Of a stretch of 32,000 nucleotides of DNA, positions 1 to 14,059 are shown piece by piece; within the stretch, counting starts at the first letter, position 1; every line of letters starts with the position of its first letter. Below the pieces are notes generated by a model. That model was given only the letters and a program-made list of their open reading frames with translations. It did no database searches and had not been told where the DNA came from. Location: NCBI RefSeq assembly GCF_023585785.1, contig NZ_CP097765.1, forward strand, positions 690,001 to 722,000. Direction: 5' to 3'. Source of the DNA: Blochmannia endosymbiont of Camponotus modoc (GTDB lineage Bacteria > Pseudomonadota > Gammaproteobacteria > Enterobacterales > Enterobacteriaceae). The translations under genes and the position numbers were made by a program.

Positions 1-1204
<1,204 letters not shown>

Positions 1205-1320
1205 CTTTATCAAAATAATATGAGCAAAAGCGCCCACATCAATTATCTAACATTATTTTATGATAATTGAAATATTTATAAAATTCCAAGATTAATTTTT
1301 TGTGTTGTTACTAGAACTCA

Positions 1321-1393
1321 GTCCCCTTCGTCTAGAGGTCTAGGACACTGCCCTTTCACGGCGGCAACAGGGGTTCGAAGCCCCTAGGGGACA
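1321..1393 (+). tRNA. gltW: tRNA-Glu, anticodon UUC; CCA not encoded
   Basis: GTCCCCTTCGTCTAGAGGTCTAGGACACTGCCCTTTCACGGCGGCAACAGGGGTTCGAAGCCCCTAGGGGAC is nearly identical to enterobacterial tRNA-Glu. The acceptor, anticodon (TTC) and T stems form. It lies in the 16S-23S spacer. Confidence 0.95.
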
Positions 1394-1702
1394 TAGGGGA
1401 CATTATAGGTTTTCATAATAAGTGAGGGTTTTTATAAATAAAAAATTTAGTATTTTTGTTCTTTAACAATAAGGGAAAAGCTTAAAATTAAAAAATATTA
1501 GTATAAATAATAATTACTATTTCCGATTATTTATAAATGTAGGTTACATTATTTTTTTATTTATTTAAAAGTCGGATGCGATAGTAATTGCTGTAATTAT
1601 TGCATTACAAAGCGATATATATATATTGTACTAATTAAACTCTAAAAGTATAATTAAAGTATTTATATATCAAGTATGTTTAGTGTCTTAATAAGATTTA
1701 TA

Positions 1703-1720
1703 GAAATTTCAGGATTGCGA

Positions 1721-1727
<7 letters not shown>
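1703..1727 (+). repeat. Left arm of the 25-bp inverted repeat bracketing 23S (pre-23S processing stem)
   Basis: GAAATTTCAGGATTGCGAAGTTAAG is the exact reverse complement of 4692-4716. Confidence 0.9.
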
Positions 1728-4691
<2,964 letters not shown>

Positions 4692-4699
<8 letters not shown>

Positions 4700-4716
4700 C
4701 GCAATCCTGAAATTTC
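4692..4716 (+). repeat. Right arm of the 25-bp inverted repeat bracketing 23S (pre-23S processing stem)
   Basis: CTTAACTTCGCAATCCTGAAATTTC is the exact reverse complement of 1703-1727. Confidence 0.9.
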
Positions 4717-4778
4717 CAAACAATTAACGATTGCAATACAAAATAGAGAAAACAGAATACGCAAGTTACATTTAATTT

Positions 4779-6155
4779 TTATAAAATACGATTAATTAGT
4801 CGATCAAATCTAATTTTATGTATTCTATAAAGTAATTGTCCTATTTTTGTAGGATAATCAGATATATGTTGTAATGATGTATAATGCGCTATATAACTCG
4901 TATGCATACGAATCATATTTAATTCTTTATTTCTTTGATGAAATAACAATTTACATGGGTCATGAACAAGTAAAGCATTCTCTAAATCAAATCTTACAGA
5001 TCTAGGATTTAAATTATTTCCAGTAATCAACTGCCATTCATCATCTACCCAAATACCCTTAACATGATACCCGTTATTACCTTCTTTCCACATCCGTACT
5101 AATAATCGTTTATTATCAACATATTTTTGCAACTTTTTTAAAAAATAACGTAAATTTAATTCATATAAATATGGTAAAGTACTAATTAGTGTGAATGGCT
5201 GATGTACAGGCACATAGAAATCATTAGCAATTTTATCTCCCACAATAATTTCTATATTTATTCCTTGACGTAACAAAGAAATCAAGGCACGTATTAATAC
5301 AGTAGGCATATTAAAATAAGGTGTACACAATACAACTTGATTTCTTGCAGAATAAATTAAATGATAAATAGTTTTATTAAGAGCACTATTTTTACCTAAA
5401 CCAACTAATGGTGAAATTGCTAATTCATTAAATGTAGCGTTACCTTGATAACGATAACAAACTCTTCGTAAATTACGACGCAACAAACGAATATTATTCT
5501 TACTGTTTTTTAGTTTTTTTAAAGAATTTCCATATCCCAAATTGTTAGTCACTTTTGCAGACAATAATTCTCTATCAATATAATTCAACATAACATCAGA
5601 TAATTGCGGATTACGTATTATATGATATCGATCGTATCTATATTTAGTATTTATATGTAAATACTCATCATTTAAATTAGCACCACTATACAATATCTGA
5701 TCGTCGATAATAAATCCTTTTAAATGAAGGACTCCTAAAGCTTCATTTACATGGATTGGTATTCCGCATATTGCAATCTCAGTGTTAGGATACTGTTTTA
5801 TAATATCTGTATACCAATCAATATTTGTATATTTTTTAGAAGAACCGATACGGACTCTTCGTGCACGATGCCAATCCACTAAAATTCTAATTTTAATTTG
5901 AGGACGAAGTTTTTTAACATGAAGTAAAGCATCGATAATTTTTTTACCACCTTGATCATCATCTAGATACAATGTAACTAAACAAATATGATTGTTTGCC
6001 CTAGAAATAGCATGCAATAATGCGGTTCTAAATTCTTTAGGGCTGAATAAAATCTTAAAATAATCTACTTTTTGAATAATTTTAGGCAATTCTCTAAGAA
6101 ATCTTTGATGATCATCATATTTATTCAATTCATTATATTTTCTTTTTTTTATCAT
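4779..6155 (-). CDS. pssA: CDP-diacylglycerol--serine O-phosphatidyltransferase (phosphatidylserine synthase)
   Basis: 458 aa, collinear with E. coli PssA. Two phospholipase-D-like HKD regions (HLKGFIIDDQILYSGANLND; HVKGIWVDDEWQLITGNNLNPR), C-term KIRFDRLINRIL. Confidence 0.95.
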   Translation of the reverse strand: MIKKRKYNELNKYDDHQRFLRELPKIIQKVDYFKILFSPKEFRTALLHAISRANNHICLVTLYLDDDQGGKKIIDALLHVKKLRPQIKIRILVDWHRARRVRIGSSKKYTNIDWYTDIIKQYPNTEIAICGIPIHVNEALGVLHLKGFIIDDQILYSGANLNDEYLHINTKYRYDRYHIIRNPQLSDVMLNYIDRELLSAKVTNNLGYGNSLKKLKNSKNNIRLLRRNLRRVCYRYQGNATFNELAISPLVGLGKNSALNKTIYHLIYSARNQVVLCTPYFNMPTVLIRALISLLRQGINIEIIVGDKIANDFYVPVHQPFTLISTLPYLYELNLRYFLKKLQKYVDNKRLLVRMWKEGNNGYHVKGIWVDDEWQLITGNNLNPRSVRFDLENALLVHDPCKLLFHQRNKELNMIRMHTSYIAHYTSLQHISDYPTKIGQLLYRIHKIRFDRLINRIL

Positions 6156-6637
6156 AACAAATAAAAATATCTTGTCTTAATTTTAGAAGATACATTACAA
6201 AATATAATAATCATACATAATACGAATAATTCAATAAATCAACTCGAATATCATATGCGCATAGAAAGAAAGTGAATGCCATAATATCTAAAATTTTTTA
6301 AAAATCCTTTTTATAAAAACTGAATTATTACGAATGATGCTAATATTTTATTATTCACAATATACACATTAAATACATACTTCATCTAGATGAAAACTTT
6401 AATAATACAGTACACCATAATATTTCTTAAATAAATCAATTATAAAATAATAGTAAACCGTAATAAATTTCAATAGAAAACTATATATGAAGTATATCGT
6501 ATGTATTACAAACAATAAATAAGTTAAATACGCTATTTATAATTAAACATTATTAAACATAATAAATATACCTGAAAAATATCCTATACATATCTTCAAA
6601 AACACAATAAATTAGTAAATTACTTCTTTAAAAAAAA

Positions 6638-6967
6638 TTAGTGTTCTATCGTGTTAGAAAACATATTAATTAATACAACACCAATAATAATTAAAGCAAT
6701 ACCAATAACAGCTAAACTATCCAATTTTTGATCATAAAATACATATCCTGCTGCAGTAATAAACACAATGCCAAGTCCAGCCCAACAGGAATATGCAATA
6801 CCCATCGGTATTGTTTGCAATACTAGAGATAACAATACAAAAGAGAGTGTATAACCAATTACTACTACAATAGCAGGATATAATTTACTAAATCCTTCAG
6901 ATGCTTTTAAGTAAGAGGTAGCAATAACCTCGGAAAGAATAGCAATAAATAAATATAAATAATCCAT
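6638..6967 (-). CDS. emrE: Small multidrug resistance (SMR) family transporter, EmrE-like
   Basis: 109 aa, four TM segments. Conserved membrane Glu in ILSEVIAT, with SEGFSKLYP, GIAYSCWAGLGIV and GVVLINMFS matching EmrE-type proteins. Confidence 0.8.
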   Translation of the reverse strand: MDYLYLFIAILSEVIATSYLKASEGFSKLYPAIVVVIGYTLSFVLLSLVLQTIPMGIAYSCWAGLGIVFITAAGYVFYDQKLDSLAVIGIALIIIGVVLINMFSNTIEH

Positions 6968-7268
6968 AATATTTTATTCTTCATTCTTTAAAACTTTTTA
7001 ATTGCATACAATAGATATTCTTGTATTGAATAAAATTCTTTTATGAAAAAATCTTTTCTTTTATGAAAAAGAATAAACGAGAAATAAACATGATCTCATT
7101 AGAGAAATTTTTGAGTGGTGATCAAATAAAATAGAATTTTTATTGATCTAATAAATAAGCTATAACCAAAACTTCAAACCATTCCAAAACATAAAAACCC
7201 CTGTAAATTTCATCATCCTGCATCATTCAATTTTTTTCTATTTTCTATTTTATTTGATCTTTAAATCA

Positions 7269-7660
7269 TGGTGGAGCTGGCGGGACTCGAACCCGCGTCC
7301 AGAATTCTTTTTATTCTTAGTAACCTACATGCTTAGGTCTTGAATTACATTTAATTGGTGTAGATATATCAAGACCAATCACTAACCAACTAACTTTTTA
7401 GTTACTTAACGCTCAGCCAAAAGCAAGCATTTACGCGCACTCTTATTTATATGACCTCTCTATTTATTTTAATATCTAAGAGTAAATATTGAAATGAGAG
7501 GGAATCTTCAGAAGTTTAATCTGATTTAAGCTGCTAAAGCAACAGATTCTTTATATGTAGTATTATTTGCATTTATTTTTTGAGGCTTTTTACGAGGCCT
7601 GCCTCACCTCGGCATGCACTTTAAATAATAAGATACTCCGTCGAATCCAAAATCAGCCCC
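7269..7660 (-). ncRNA. ssrA: Transfer-messenger RNA (tmRNA)
   Basis: On the minus strand: 5' GGGGCTGATTTTGGATTCGACGGAGTATC and 3' GGACGCGGGTTCGAGTCCCGCCAGCTCCACCA. Internal tag ORF GCA AAT AAT ACT ACA TAT AAA GAA TCT GTT GCT TTA GCA GCT TAA. Adjacent to smpB. Confidence 0.96.
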
Positions 7661-7715
7661 ATTCTAACATTGAAAGCGATTATATCATCGAAATATTATA
7701 TATGCAAAACAATTA

Positions 7716-8180
7716 TTATTTCATATATTTTAAGATACGTATTTTTTCTTTCTTCCATTTATGCATATGTATTATATTTCTTTTGTCGTATTTTTTCTTA
7801 CCTTTAGCAATTCCGATGTTCACTTTAATCCAAGAATTTTTCCAATACAAATCCAAAATAATTGCAGTATAACCTTTTTGATTAATTTTTTCCATTAAAA
7901 ATGATAATTCATTTTTTTTTAATAACAACTTACGCACACGAACGGAATTGTGAGTTTCATTATAAAGTTGAGTTACATTTGATTGAAATATAGAATTACA
8001 AATATACGCTTCCTTGTTATAAAAAGATACGTAACTATTATTAATAGTTACCATATTAGAACGCGCAGATTTTACTTCCCATCCTAATAATGAAATTCCA
8101 GATTCAATTTTTTTTTCAATAAAATATTCATGATATGCATGTTTATTTTGCGTAATTTTCTTTAAAATTAACTGATTCAT
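7716..8180 (-). CDS. smpB: SsrA-binding protein SmpB
   Basis: 154 aa. YFIEKKIESGISLLGWEVKSAR and KGKKKYDKR match SmpB; adjacent to ssrA. Confidence 0.95.
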   Translation of the reverse strand: MNQLILKKITQNKHAYHEYFIEKKIESGISLLGWEVKSARSNMVTINNSYVSFYNKEAYICNSIFQSNVTQLYNETHNSVRVRKLLLKKNELSFLMEKINQKGYTAIILDLYWKNSWIKVNIGIAKGKKKYDKRNIIHMHKWKKEKIRILKYMK

Positions 8181-8272
8181 AATAATTTTTTTTAAAATAT
8201 TATTTTTTTATTACTAAAAACCATTATATTAATATGCATGTAATATTCAAACCCATTCAAAACAGGATTGAT

Positions 8273-8719
8273 ATGGCTTACATCAAATATTTTGTCTCAG
8301 TACCGTATAGTGTAGAGCAAATGTTTAATTTGGTAAATGATATTAACTCTTATACTAAATTTCTTCCTGGATGCAATGTAAGTAAAATTTTAGAACAAAA
8401 TAATAACGAATTAATTGCTGAAATGAATATAGTTTCTAATGGAATCGTTAGGTCATTGGTTACTCATAATTTTTTTATAAACAATAAAAGTATCTCAATG
8501 CTTTTAGTAAGAGGACCATTCAAATCATTTTATGGATATTGGGAATTTATTCCTATTACTTCTGCTGTCAGTAGAATTGAATATTTTTCTCATTATGAAT
8601 TTAAATCAATATTTATCGAAAAAATTTTTAATCATATTTTTAAAACTAAATATAAAAACATAATTACAGCATTCATTTCCAGAGCTCATATAATATACGG
8701 TACATATCACGCGTTATAA
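8273..8719 (+). CDS. ratA: RatA, START-like/coenzyme Q-binding family toxin homologue
   Basis: VPYSVEQMFNLVNDINSYTKFLPGC matches RatA. The ORF track starts at 8234, but ATG 8273 has an AGGA-like SD and matches the family N-terminus better. Confidence 0.88.
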   Translation: MAYIKYFVSVPYSVEQMFNLVNDINSYTKFLPGCNVSKILEQNNNELIAEMNIVSNGIVRSLVTHNFFINNKSISMLLVRGPFKSFYGYWEFIPITSAVSRIEYFSHYEFKSIFIEKIFNHIFKTKYKNIITAFISRAHIIYGTYHAL

Positions 8720-8742
8720 CATAAAAACACGTAGGGGTATTA

Positions 8743-9081
8743 TTATCTTTTGTTCATAGTTACCAAAGTATCATGAGCATCAAATTTTAACATTAAAATT
8801 TGATGCTCCGATATTTTATTGCCACTACGATAATAAAAAATATAATACCATATATTTGGGTTTAAAAAACCTTCTAATGTCGGATCTCCGATATTAGAAG
8901 ATATTTCCAGTTTTGTCATTCCAAGACGAATCTTTTTAATATCATATTCATTTAAATAATTGCCTTGTTGAATATCAGAAGATCGAGGCATATATTGCAG
9001 CATAGTACAACTCACGCTACATACCAGCATTGTAAAAAAAATACTGGTATGTAACATTCTAAAAAATACTTTCAAATACAT
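8743..9081 (-). CDS. bamE: Outer membrane protein assembly factor BamE (SmpA)
   Basis: 112 aa with lipoprotein signal peptide and lipobox LVCSVSC. IRLGMTKLEISSNIGDP matches the BamE fold motif; syntenic between ratA and nadK. Confidence 0.88.
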   Translation of the reverse strand: MYLKVFFRMLHTSIFFTMLVCSVSCTMLQYMPRSSDIQQGNYLNEYDIKKIRLGMTKLEISSNIGDPTLEGFLNPNIWYYIFYYRSGNKISEHQILMLKFDAHDTLVTMNKR

Positions 9082-9186
9082 AATTTTCTGATCAATCTAT
9101 TTTTCAAATACAATATAAAATATATACTCATACAATTATTGTTTAATTACACCTATGATCTTTTTGTTGTAATTACCAATACGATA

Positions 9187-10080
9187 TTATTTTTTCATTT
9201 CAGCAATATTTTGTGACCAACCAAGCTTAATATTTAACGTCTTAAAATAGTTATAATTATTAGGATGAATCAAATCAAGATAATGATTACTACGTTGAAT
9301 AAAGATTTCTTCTTCTTTGCATACTAAAACAGGAGTGTGATTATCATAACCTATTTTCAATTCAGATGTTATTTTAGAAAATTTCAGGCAAATCATACTT
9401 TTACTATTAATCACAACTGGCCGAGATGACAAAGTATGAGGGCATATTGGTACTAATAAAATAGCATCTACTGTAGGACTAAGAATAGGTCCTCCAGCAG
9501 ATAAAGCATATGCGGTTGATCCAGTTGGAGTAGAAATAATTAAACCATCAGATCTCTGTGAAAAAATAAAATCATCATCAATATATAACTCAAATTCAAT
9601 CATATGTCTAATTGTATTTGTATGTAAAATAACTTCATTAATAGCACTACCTAATCTGATTAGATTATTATAGCGTTGTACTGTTACATCTAATAAAAAA
9701 CGTTTTTCGTTAATAAAATGACCTGATAAAACATCAGATAACTCCACTAGTGCTGAATTGGGATCTAAATCAGTAAGAAAACCAAGAGTTCCACGATTGA
9801 TCCCAATAACTTTAATATCGTGCTGTGCTAGAATATTCGCAGCTCTTAACATATTGCCATCTCCACCTATAACTATAGCTAAATCTGCGTAATTTCCTAT
9901 ATCATTTAAATCACCTACAACTGCTTTTTGTACATTTAATAAACTAGCAGCATGATGTTCGATGATGACTGTAATCCCTTTACTATATAACCAATGATAT
10001 AAAATATCATATGTATGTACAGCTTTCGGATAACGAGAATACCCGATAATACCAATAGTACGAAAAATAGAAGAAGTCAT
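9187..10080 (-). CDS. nadK: NAD kinase
   Basis: 297 aa with GGDGNMLRAA, GINRGTLGFLTDL and TPTGSTAYALSAGGPI motifs. Confidence 0.97.
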   Translation of the reverse strand: MTSSIFRTIGIIGYSRYPKAVHTYDILYHWLYSKGITVIIEHHAASLLNVQKAVVGDLNDIGNYADLAIVIGGDGNMLRAANILAQHDIKVIGINRGTLGFLTDLDPNSALVELSDVLSGHFINEKRFLLDVTVQRYNNLIRLGSAINEVILHTNTIRHMIEFELYIDDDFIFSQRSDGLIISTPTGSTAYALSAGGPILSPTVDAILLVPICPHTLSSRPVVINSKSMICLKFSKITSELKIGYDNHTPVLVCKEEEIFIQRSNHYLDLIHPNNYNYFKTLNIKLGWSQNIAEMKK

Positions 10081-10136
10081 ATTATTATTGAATCCTTTCT
10101 GTTTTTGTTATAACTTTATTCATAATAAATTGATGT

Positions 10137-10170
10137 CTTGAATACCTGTTATTCATCCTTATAATAACTG
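10137..10170 (+). promoter_or_regulatory. Possible sigma-32-type promoter for grpE
   Basis: A perfect CTTGAA (-35 type) lies ~70 nt upstream of the grpE start. The -10 match is weak. Confidence 0.3.
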
Positions 10171-10210
10171 AATTATAAAACATATAATCAGTAAACGGAG
10201 GAGAAAATTC

Positions 10211-10798
10211 ATGATAGATGATAATGTAAAAAACAATATCGATGAAAGTACATTACAGAATGAAAAAATAGAAAAAGAGGAACTGTTAGAATCTGTTTCG
10301 ACAGTAGATAATGTTATTGATCCTAAAAATGATCAAATCATTAAATTACAAATAAAATTAGCACAACTTCAAGAACACGAACGTAATACGGTATTACGTC
10401 TTACAGCTGAAATAGAAAACATCCGTCGGCGTAACACCCAAGAAATAGAAAAAATCCACAAATTTGGATTAGAACGATTTATCTTTGAATTATTACCAGT
10501 AATTGATAATTTAGAACGTACAATGAATATTTCAGATAATTCTAATACTTTATTATCTGCTATAATAGAAGGTATTGAATTAACATTAAAATCTTTTTTA
10601 GACACTGTGCACAAGTTTGGATTAAAATCTATATATGAAATTAACGTGCCATTTAATCCTGAAATACATCAAGCAATATCTATAATAGAATCTGAAGACC
10701 ATAAACCAAATCAAGTATTAACAATGATTCAAAAAGGATACATTTTGAATGGAAGATTAATTCGACCTGCTATGGTCACAGTATCACAATCCAAATGA
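10211..10798 (+). CDS. grpE: GrpE nucleotide exchange factor
   Basis: 195 aa with AEIENIRRRNTQEIEKIHKFGLERFIFELLPVIDNLER and VEGIELTLKSFLDTVHKFG. Ends MIQKGYILNGRLIRPAMVTVSQ. Start ATG preceded by GGAGG. Confidence 0.97.
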   Translation: MIDDNVKNNIDESTLQNEKIEKEELLESVSTVDNVIDPKNDQIIKLQIKLAQLQEHERNTVLRLTAEIENIRRRNTQEIEKIHKFGLERFIFELLPVIDNLERTMNISDNSNTLLSAIIEGIELTLKSFLDTVHKFGLKSIYEINVPFNPEIHQAISIIESEDHKPNQVLTMIQKGYILNGRLIRPAMVTVSQSK

Positions 10799-11046
10799 CG
10801 GACTATTATGTTTTTTAAAATGTTATAAATAAAAAACAGTACTCATTGTATATTTACAAGTTTCATGTACCTTTTCATGAAATAACAACGTGTTGTATTT
10901 TTTTTATCTAATTAATATGATCATACTTCACATAAAATTTTCCATAAATAATATAATTATATTTATTCAATTAATTTAAATTAAAATTTAATAATTGAAT
11001 TCATTAAATATACAGATTTTTTTTAAAAATATTATAAATTATTAAT

Positions 11047-11086
11047 ATATCATTGTTGATTTATTACAATAAATCAACAATGATAT
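11047..11086. terminator. 40-nt perfect hairpin, candidate bidirectional terminator between convergent grpE and ung
   Basis: ATATCATTGTTGATTTATT-AC-AATAAATCAACAATGATAT: 19-bp perfect stem with a 2-nt loop, located between convergent genes. Confidence 0.5.
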
Positions 11087-11167
11087 CAAAAGTACAAAAG
11101 ATAAAACAACTAAATTTACATGAAAAGAAGTTATCTTCCATAACATATTTTTAACTTATATTAGTTT

Positions 11168-11848
11168 TTAGTTAACTATTTTAGGTTGCCAATTAATAAT
11201 CTGTTTATTTTGTTGCATTAATAATATATTAACCTTATAAAAATGATGACATCCTAAAAATCCACGTCGAGCTGATATAGGTGAAGGATGTGACGCAGTT
11301 AAAACATAATGTTTTTTATGGTTAATGATGTTACCTTTTTTTTGAGCATACTTTCCCCATAGTAAAAATATAATTTTTTCCTTATACGTGTTCAGCATAC
11401 ATATTATTTTGTCTGTAAATCGTTCCCATCCAATATCAGCATGAGAACAACTTCTTCCTTCCTCAACAGTTAAAATACTATTAAGCAGTAACACCCCTTC
11501 TTGCGCCCAACTCTGCAAACAACCGTGTTCTGGTATTATAAAATTGGGCATATCAGATACAAGCTCTTTATAAATATTCCTTAAAGAGGGAGGAGGCAAA
11601 ACACCAGGCAATACAGAAAAGGCAAATCCATGTGCTTGATTAGGTCCGTGATAAGGATCCTGACCTATGATAACAACTTTTATAGATTCAAAACTAGTAA
11701 AACGAAATGCGTTAAAAACATCCTTTTTTTTAGGATAAATCGTAATACCTTTTTTTTTACGTTCCTCTATGGTAAACAATATATTCTGAAAGTACGGCAA
11801 TGTTTTTTCTTTTGATAACAAACACTGCCAAGTTAATTCTTGAGACAT
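11168..11848 (-). CDS. ung: Uracil-DNA glycosylase
   Basis: 226 aa. [18 protein letters not shown] active-site motif and [12 protein letters not shown]; C-terminal [17 protein letters not shown]. Confidence 0.97.
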   Translation of the reverse strand: MSQELTWQCLLSKEKTLPYFQNILFTIEERKKKGITIYPKKKDVFNAFRFTSFESIKVVIIGQDPYHGPNQAHGFAFSVLPGVLPPPSLRNIYKELVSDMPNFIIPEHGCLQSWAQEGVLLLNSILTVEEGRSCSHADIGWERFTDKIICMLNTYKEKIIFLLWGKYAQKKGNIINHKKHYVLTASHPSPISARRGFLGCHHFYKVNILLMQQNKQIINWQPKIVN

Positions 11849-12238
11849 AGTCTATTTCCGTATTATTATTATGTAATCGTACAAATAAAATTTTCGCTTA
11901 TCATTGATGTTTTTCATTTATCACTAAAAAATTTACGTATTTAAATACATATAATTTATTTGTAATTTTTTAATTTTAGCACTAAAAATTATAATAAACA
12001 GTTAATATCGAAAATTATAATAAATTTTTTACCATACTATATTATATAGTCTAATAATGAAGTATATCCAATGTCTGAATAGGTAACTGCACATACTTGC
12101 GAATAATTTTTCAAAACATCGTAAATATTCTTATACAATCATTTTCATATACATCTATAATATCTTATTATTACACTAATTAATCGCTATTTTTATACTA
12201 ACTATATTTATTTTGTTTGCATTCGACTAATATTAATC

Positions 12239-14041
12239 ATGATAAAATATATACGTAATTTTTCTATTATTGCGCATATTGATCACGGAAAATCAACATT
12301 ATCTGATCGGTTGATTCAGACTTGCGGTGGATTAAACGAACGCGAAATGACATCCCAAGTATTAGATTCCATGGAGTTAGAAAGAGAACGTGGTATTACT
12401 ATAAAATCACAAAATGTGACACTCAATTATACGTCTAAAAACGGCCAGCCTTATCAACTGAATCTTATTGACACGCCTGGTCATGTTGATTTTTCTTATG
12501 AAGTTTCTCGATCTTTAGCAGCATGTGAAGGTGCCTTATTAATAGTAGACGTTACTCAAGGAGTAGAAGCGCAAACTGTGGCCAATTATCGAATTGCTAA
12601 AGAAATGAATTTAAAAATTATTGTGGCATTAAATAAAATTGATTTATCAACAGCAGATCCTAATCGAGTATCTCAAGAAATTAAAAACATCATTGGTATC
12701 GACGTAAATAATGCAATACAATGTTCAGCTAAAACTGGTTCTGGCATACCAGAATTAATAGAGTGTTTAATTCATGATATTCCTCATCCTCAAGGAGATC
12801 CATGCGCTCCTCTGCAAGCACTAATTATAGATTCTTGGTTTAATAAATATTTAGGTGTTGTATCGTTAATATGTATTAAAAATGGCAAATTATATAAAGG
12901 TGATGTATTGAAATCAATGAATACAGGGCAAAAATATACTGTTGATCAAATAGGTATCTTCACTCCAAAACAAGTAAAACGAGAAATATTAGATTGTGGA
13001 GAAGTAGGTTGGTTAGTCTGTGCTAACAAAAATATCATAAAAACCCCTGTAGGAGATACATTCACTCTGTCAACTCGTCCCGCAAAAAAAGCATGTCATG
13101 GTTTTAAAAAACTTCAACCTTATGTTTATGCGGGATTATTTCCTATAGGTTCTAAAAATCAAAAAATCTTTCGTGACGCTTTATACAAACTTAGTTTAAA
13201 TGATTCTTCTCTATTTTATGAGCCAGAAAGATCAGAATTTTTAGGTTTAGGATTTCGTTGTGGGTTTCTTGGATTGTTACATTTAGATATAATCCAGGAA
13301 AGATTAAGACGTGAATATTCACTTGATTTACTTGTTACAGCTCCAATGGTAATATATGAAATATTAACCATTGACAATCGAATAATGTATGTAGATAGTC
13401 CATCAAAATTGCTTTCTTTAACTAGAATTAAAGAAATACGTGAACCTATTGTTTTATGTAACATATTGCTTCCAAAAAAGTATCTTGGAGAGATTATTTC
13501 TTTATGCATTAAAAAAAGAGGTACTCAAATTGACATAATATATCATGGTGCTCAAATTACATTAACTTACGAATTGCCTATGTCTGAAATAATATTGAAT
13601 TTTTTTGATCAAATAAAATCAGCATCTCATGGATATGCTTCATTTGAATATAAATTCATTCGTTTTCAGATATCGAATATAGTATGCATAGAAATATTAA
13701 TTAATAAAAAACGTATTGATGCATTAACGGTAATTACGAATCAAGAACAATCTATATATCATGGCCGTCTATTAGTTAATAAATTACAAAAATTAATCCC
13801 AAGACAACAATTCGATATTGTGATTCAAGCAACTATTGGTAAGAGAATAATATCACGTGATATTGTAAAACAACTGCGGAAAAATGTTTTAGCAAAATGT
13901 CATGGAGGCGATGTAACTCGAAAGAAAAAATTGTTATATAATCAAAAAGAAGGAAAAAAACGCATGAAACAAATAGGCAATGTTAATTTACCACATACCG
14001 TATTTCTAGCAATCTTTGATGTCAATAACAATAAAAAATAA
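12239..14041 (+). CDS. lepA: Elongation factor 4 (LepA)
   Basis: 600 aa with [22 protein letters not shown] and NKIDL GTPase motifs. LepA-specific C-terminus ([26 protein letters not shown]). Confidence 0.98.
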   Translation: MIKYIRNFSIIAHIDHGKSTLSDRLIQTCGGLNEREMTSQVLDSMELERERGITIKSQNVTLNYTSKNGQPYQLNLIDTPGHVDFSYEVSRSLAACEGALLIVDVTQGVEAQTVANYRIAKEMNLKIIVALNKIDLSTADPNRVSQEIKNIIGIDVNNAIQCSAKTGSGIPELIECLIHDIPHPQGDPCAPLQALIIDSWFNKYLGVVSLICIKNGKLYKGDVLKSMNTGQKYTVDQIGIFTPKQVKREILDCGEVGWLVCANKNIIKTPVGDTFTLSTRPAKKACHGFKKLQPYVYAGLFPIGSKNQKIFRDALYKLSLNDSSLFYEPERSEFLGLGFRCGFLGLLHLDIIQERLRREYSLDLLVTAPMVIYEILTIDNRIMYVDSPSKLLSLTRIKEIREPIVLCNILLPKKYLGEIISLCIKKRGTQIDIIYHGAQITLTYELPMSEIILNFFDQIKSASHGYASFEYKFIRFQISNIVCIEILINKKRIDALTVITNQEQSIYHGRLLVNKLQKLIPRQQFDIVIQATIGKRIISRDIVKQLRKNVLAKCHGGDVTRKKKLLYNQKEGKKRMKQIGNVNLPHTVFLAIFDVNNNKK

Positions 14042-14059
14042 CTAAAGGATTTTATTTAT

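Noticed and set aside
7567-7872. ORF 7567..7872(+), 101 aa hydrophobic protein
   Set aside because: It is antisense to both ssrA and smpB. The hydrophobicity is typical of AT-rich antisense frames and there is no supporting motif.
8234-8272. Upstream ATG start for ratA given in the ORF track
   Set aside because: ATG 8273 has a better Shine-Dalgarno and matches the family N-terminus (MAYIKYFVSVPYS).
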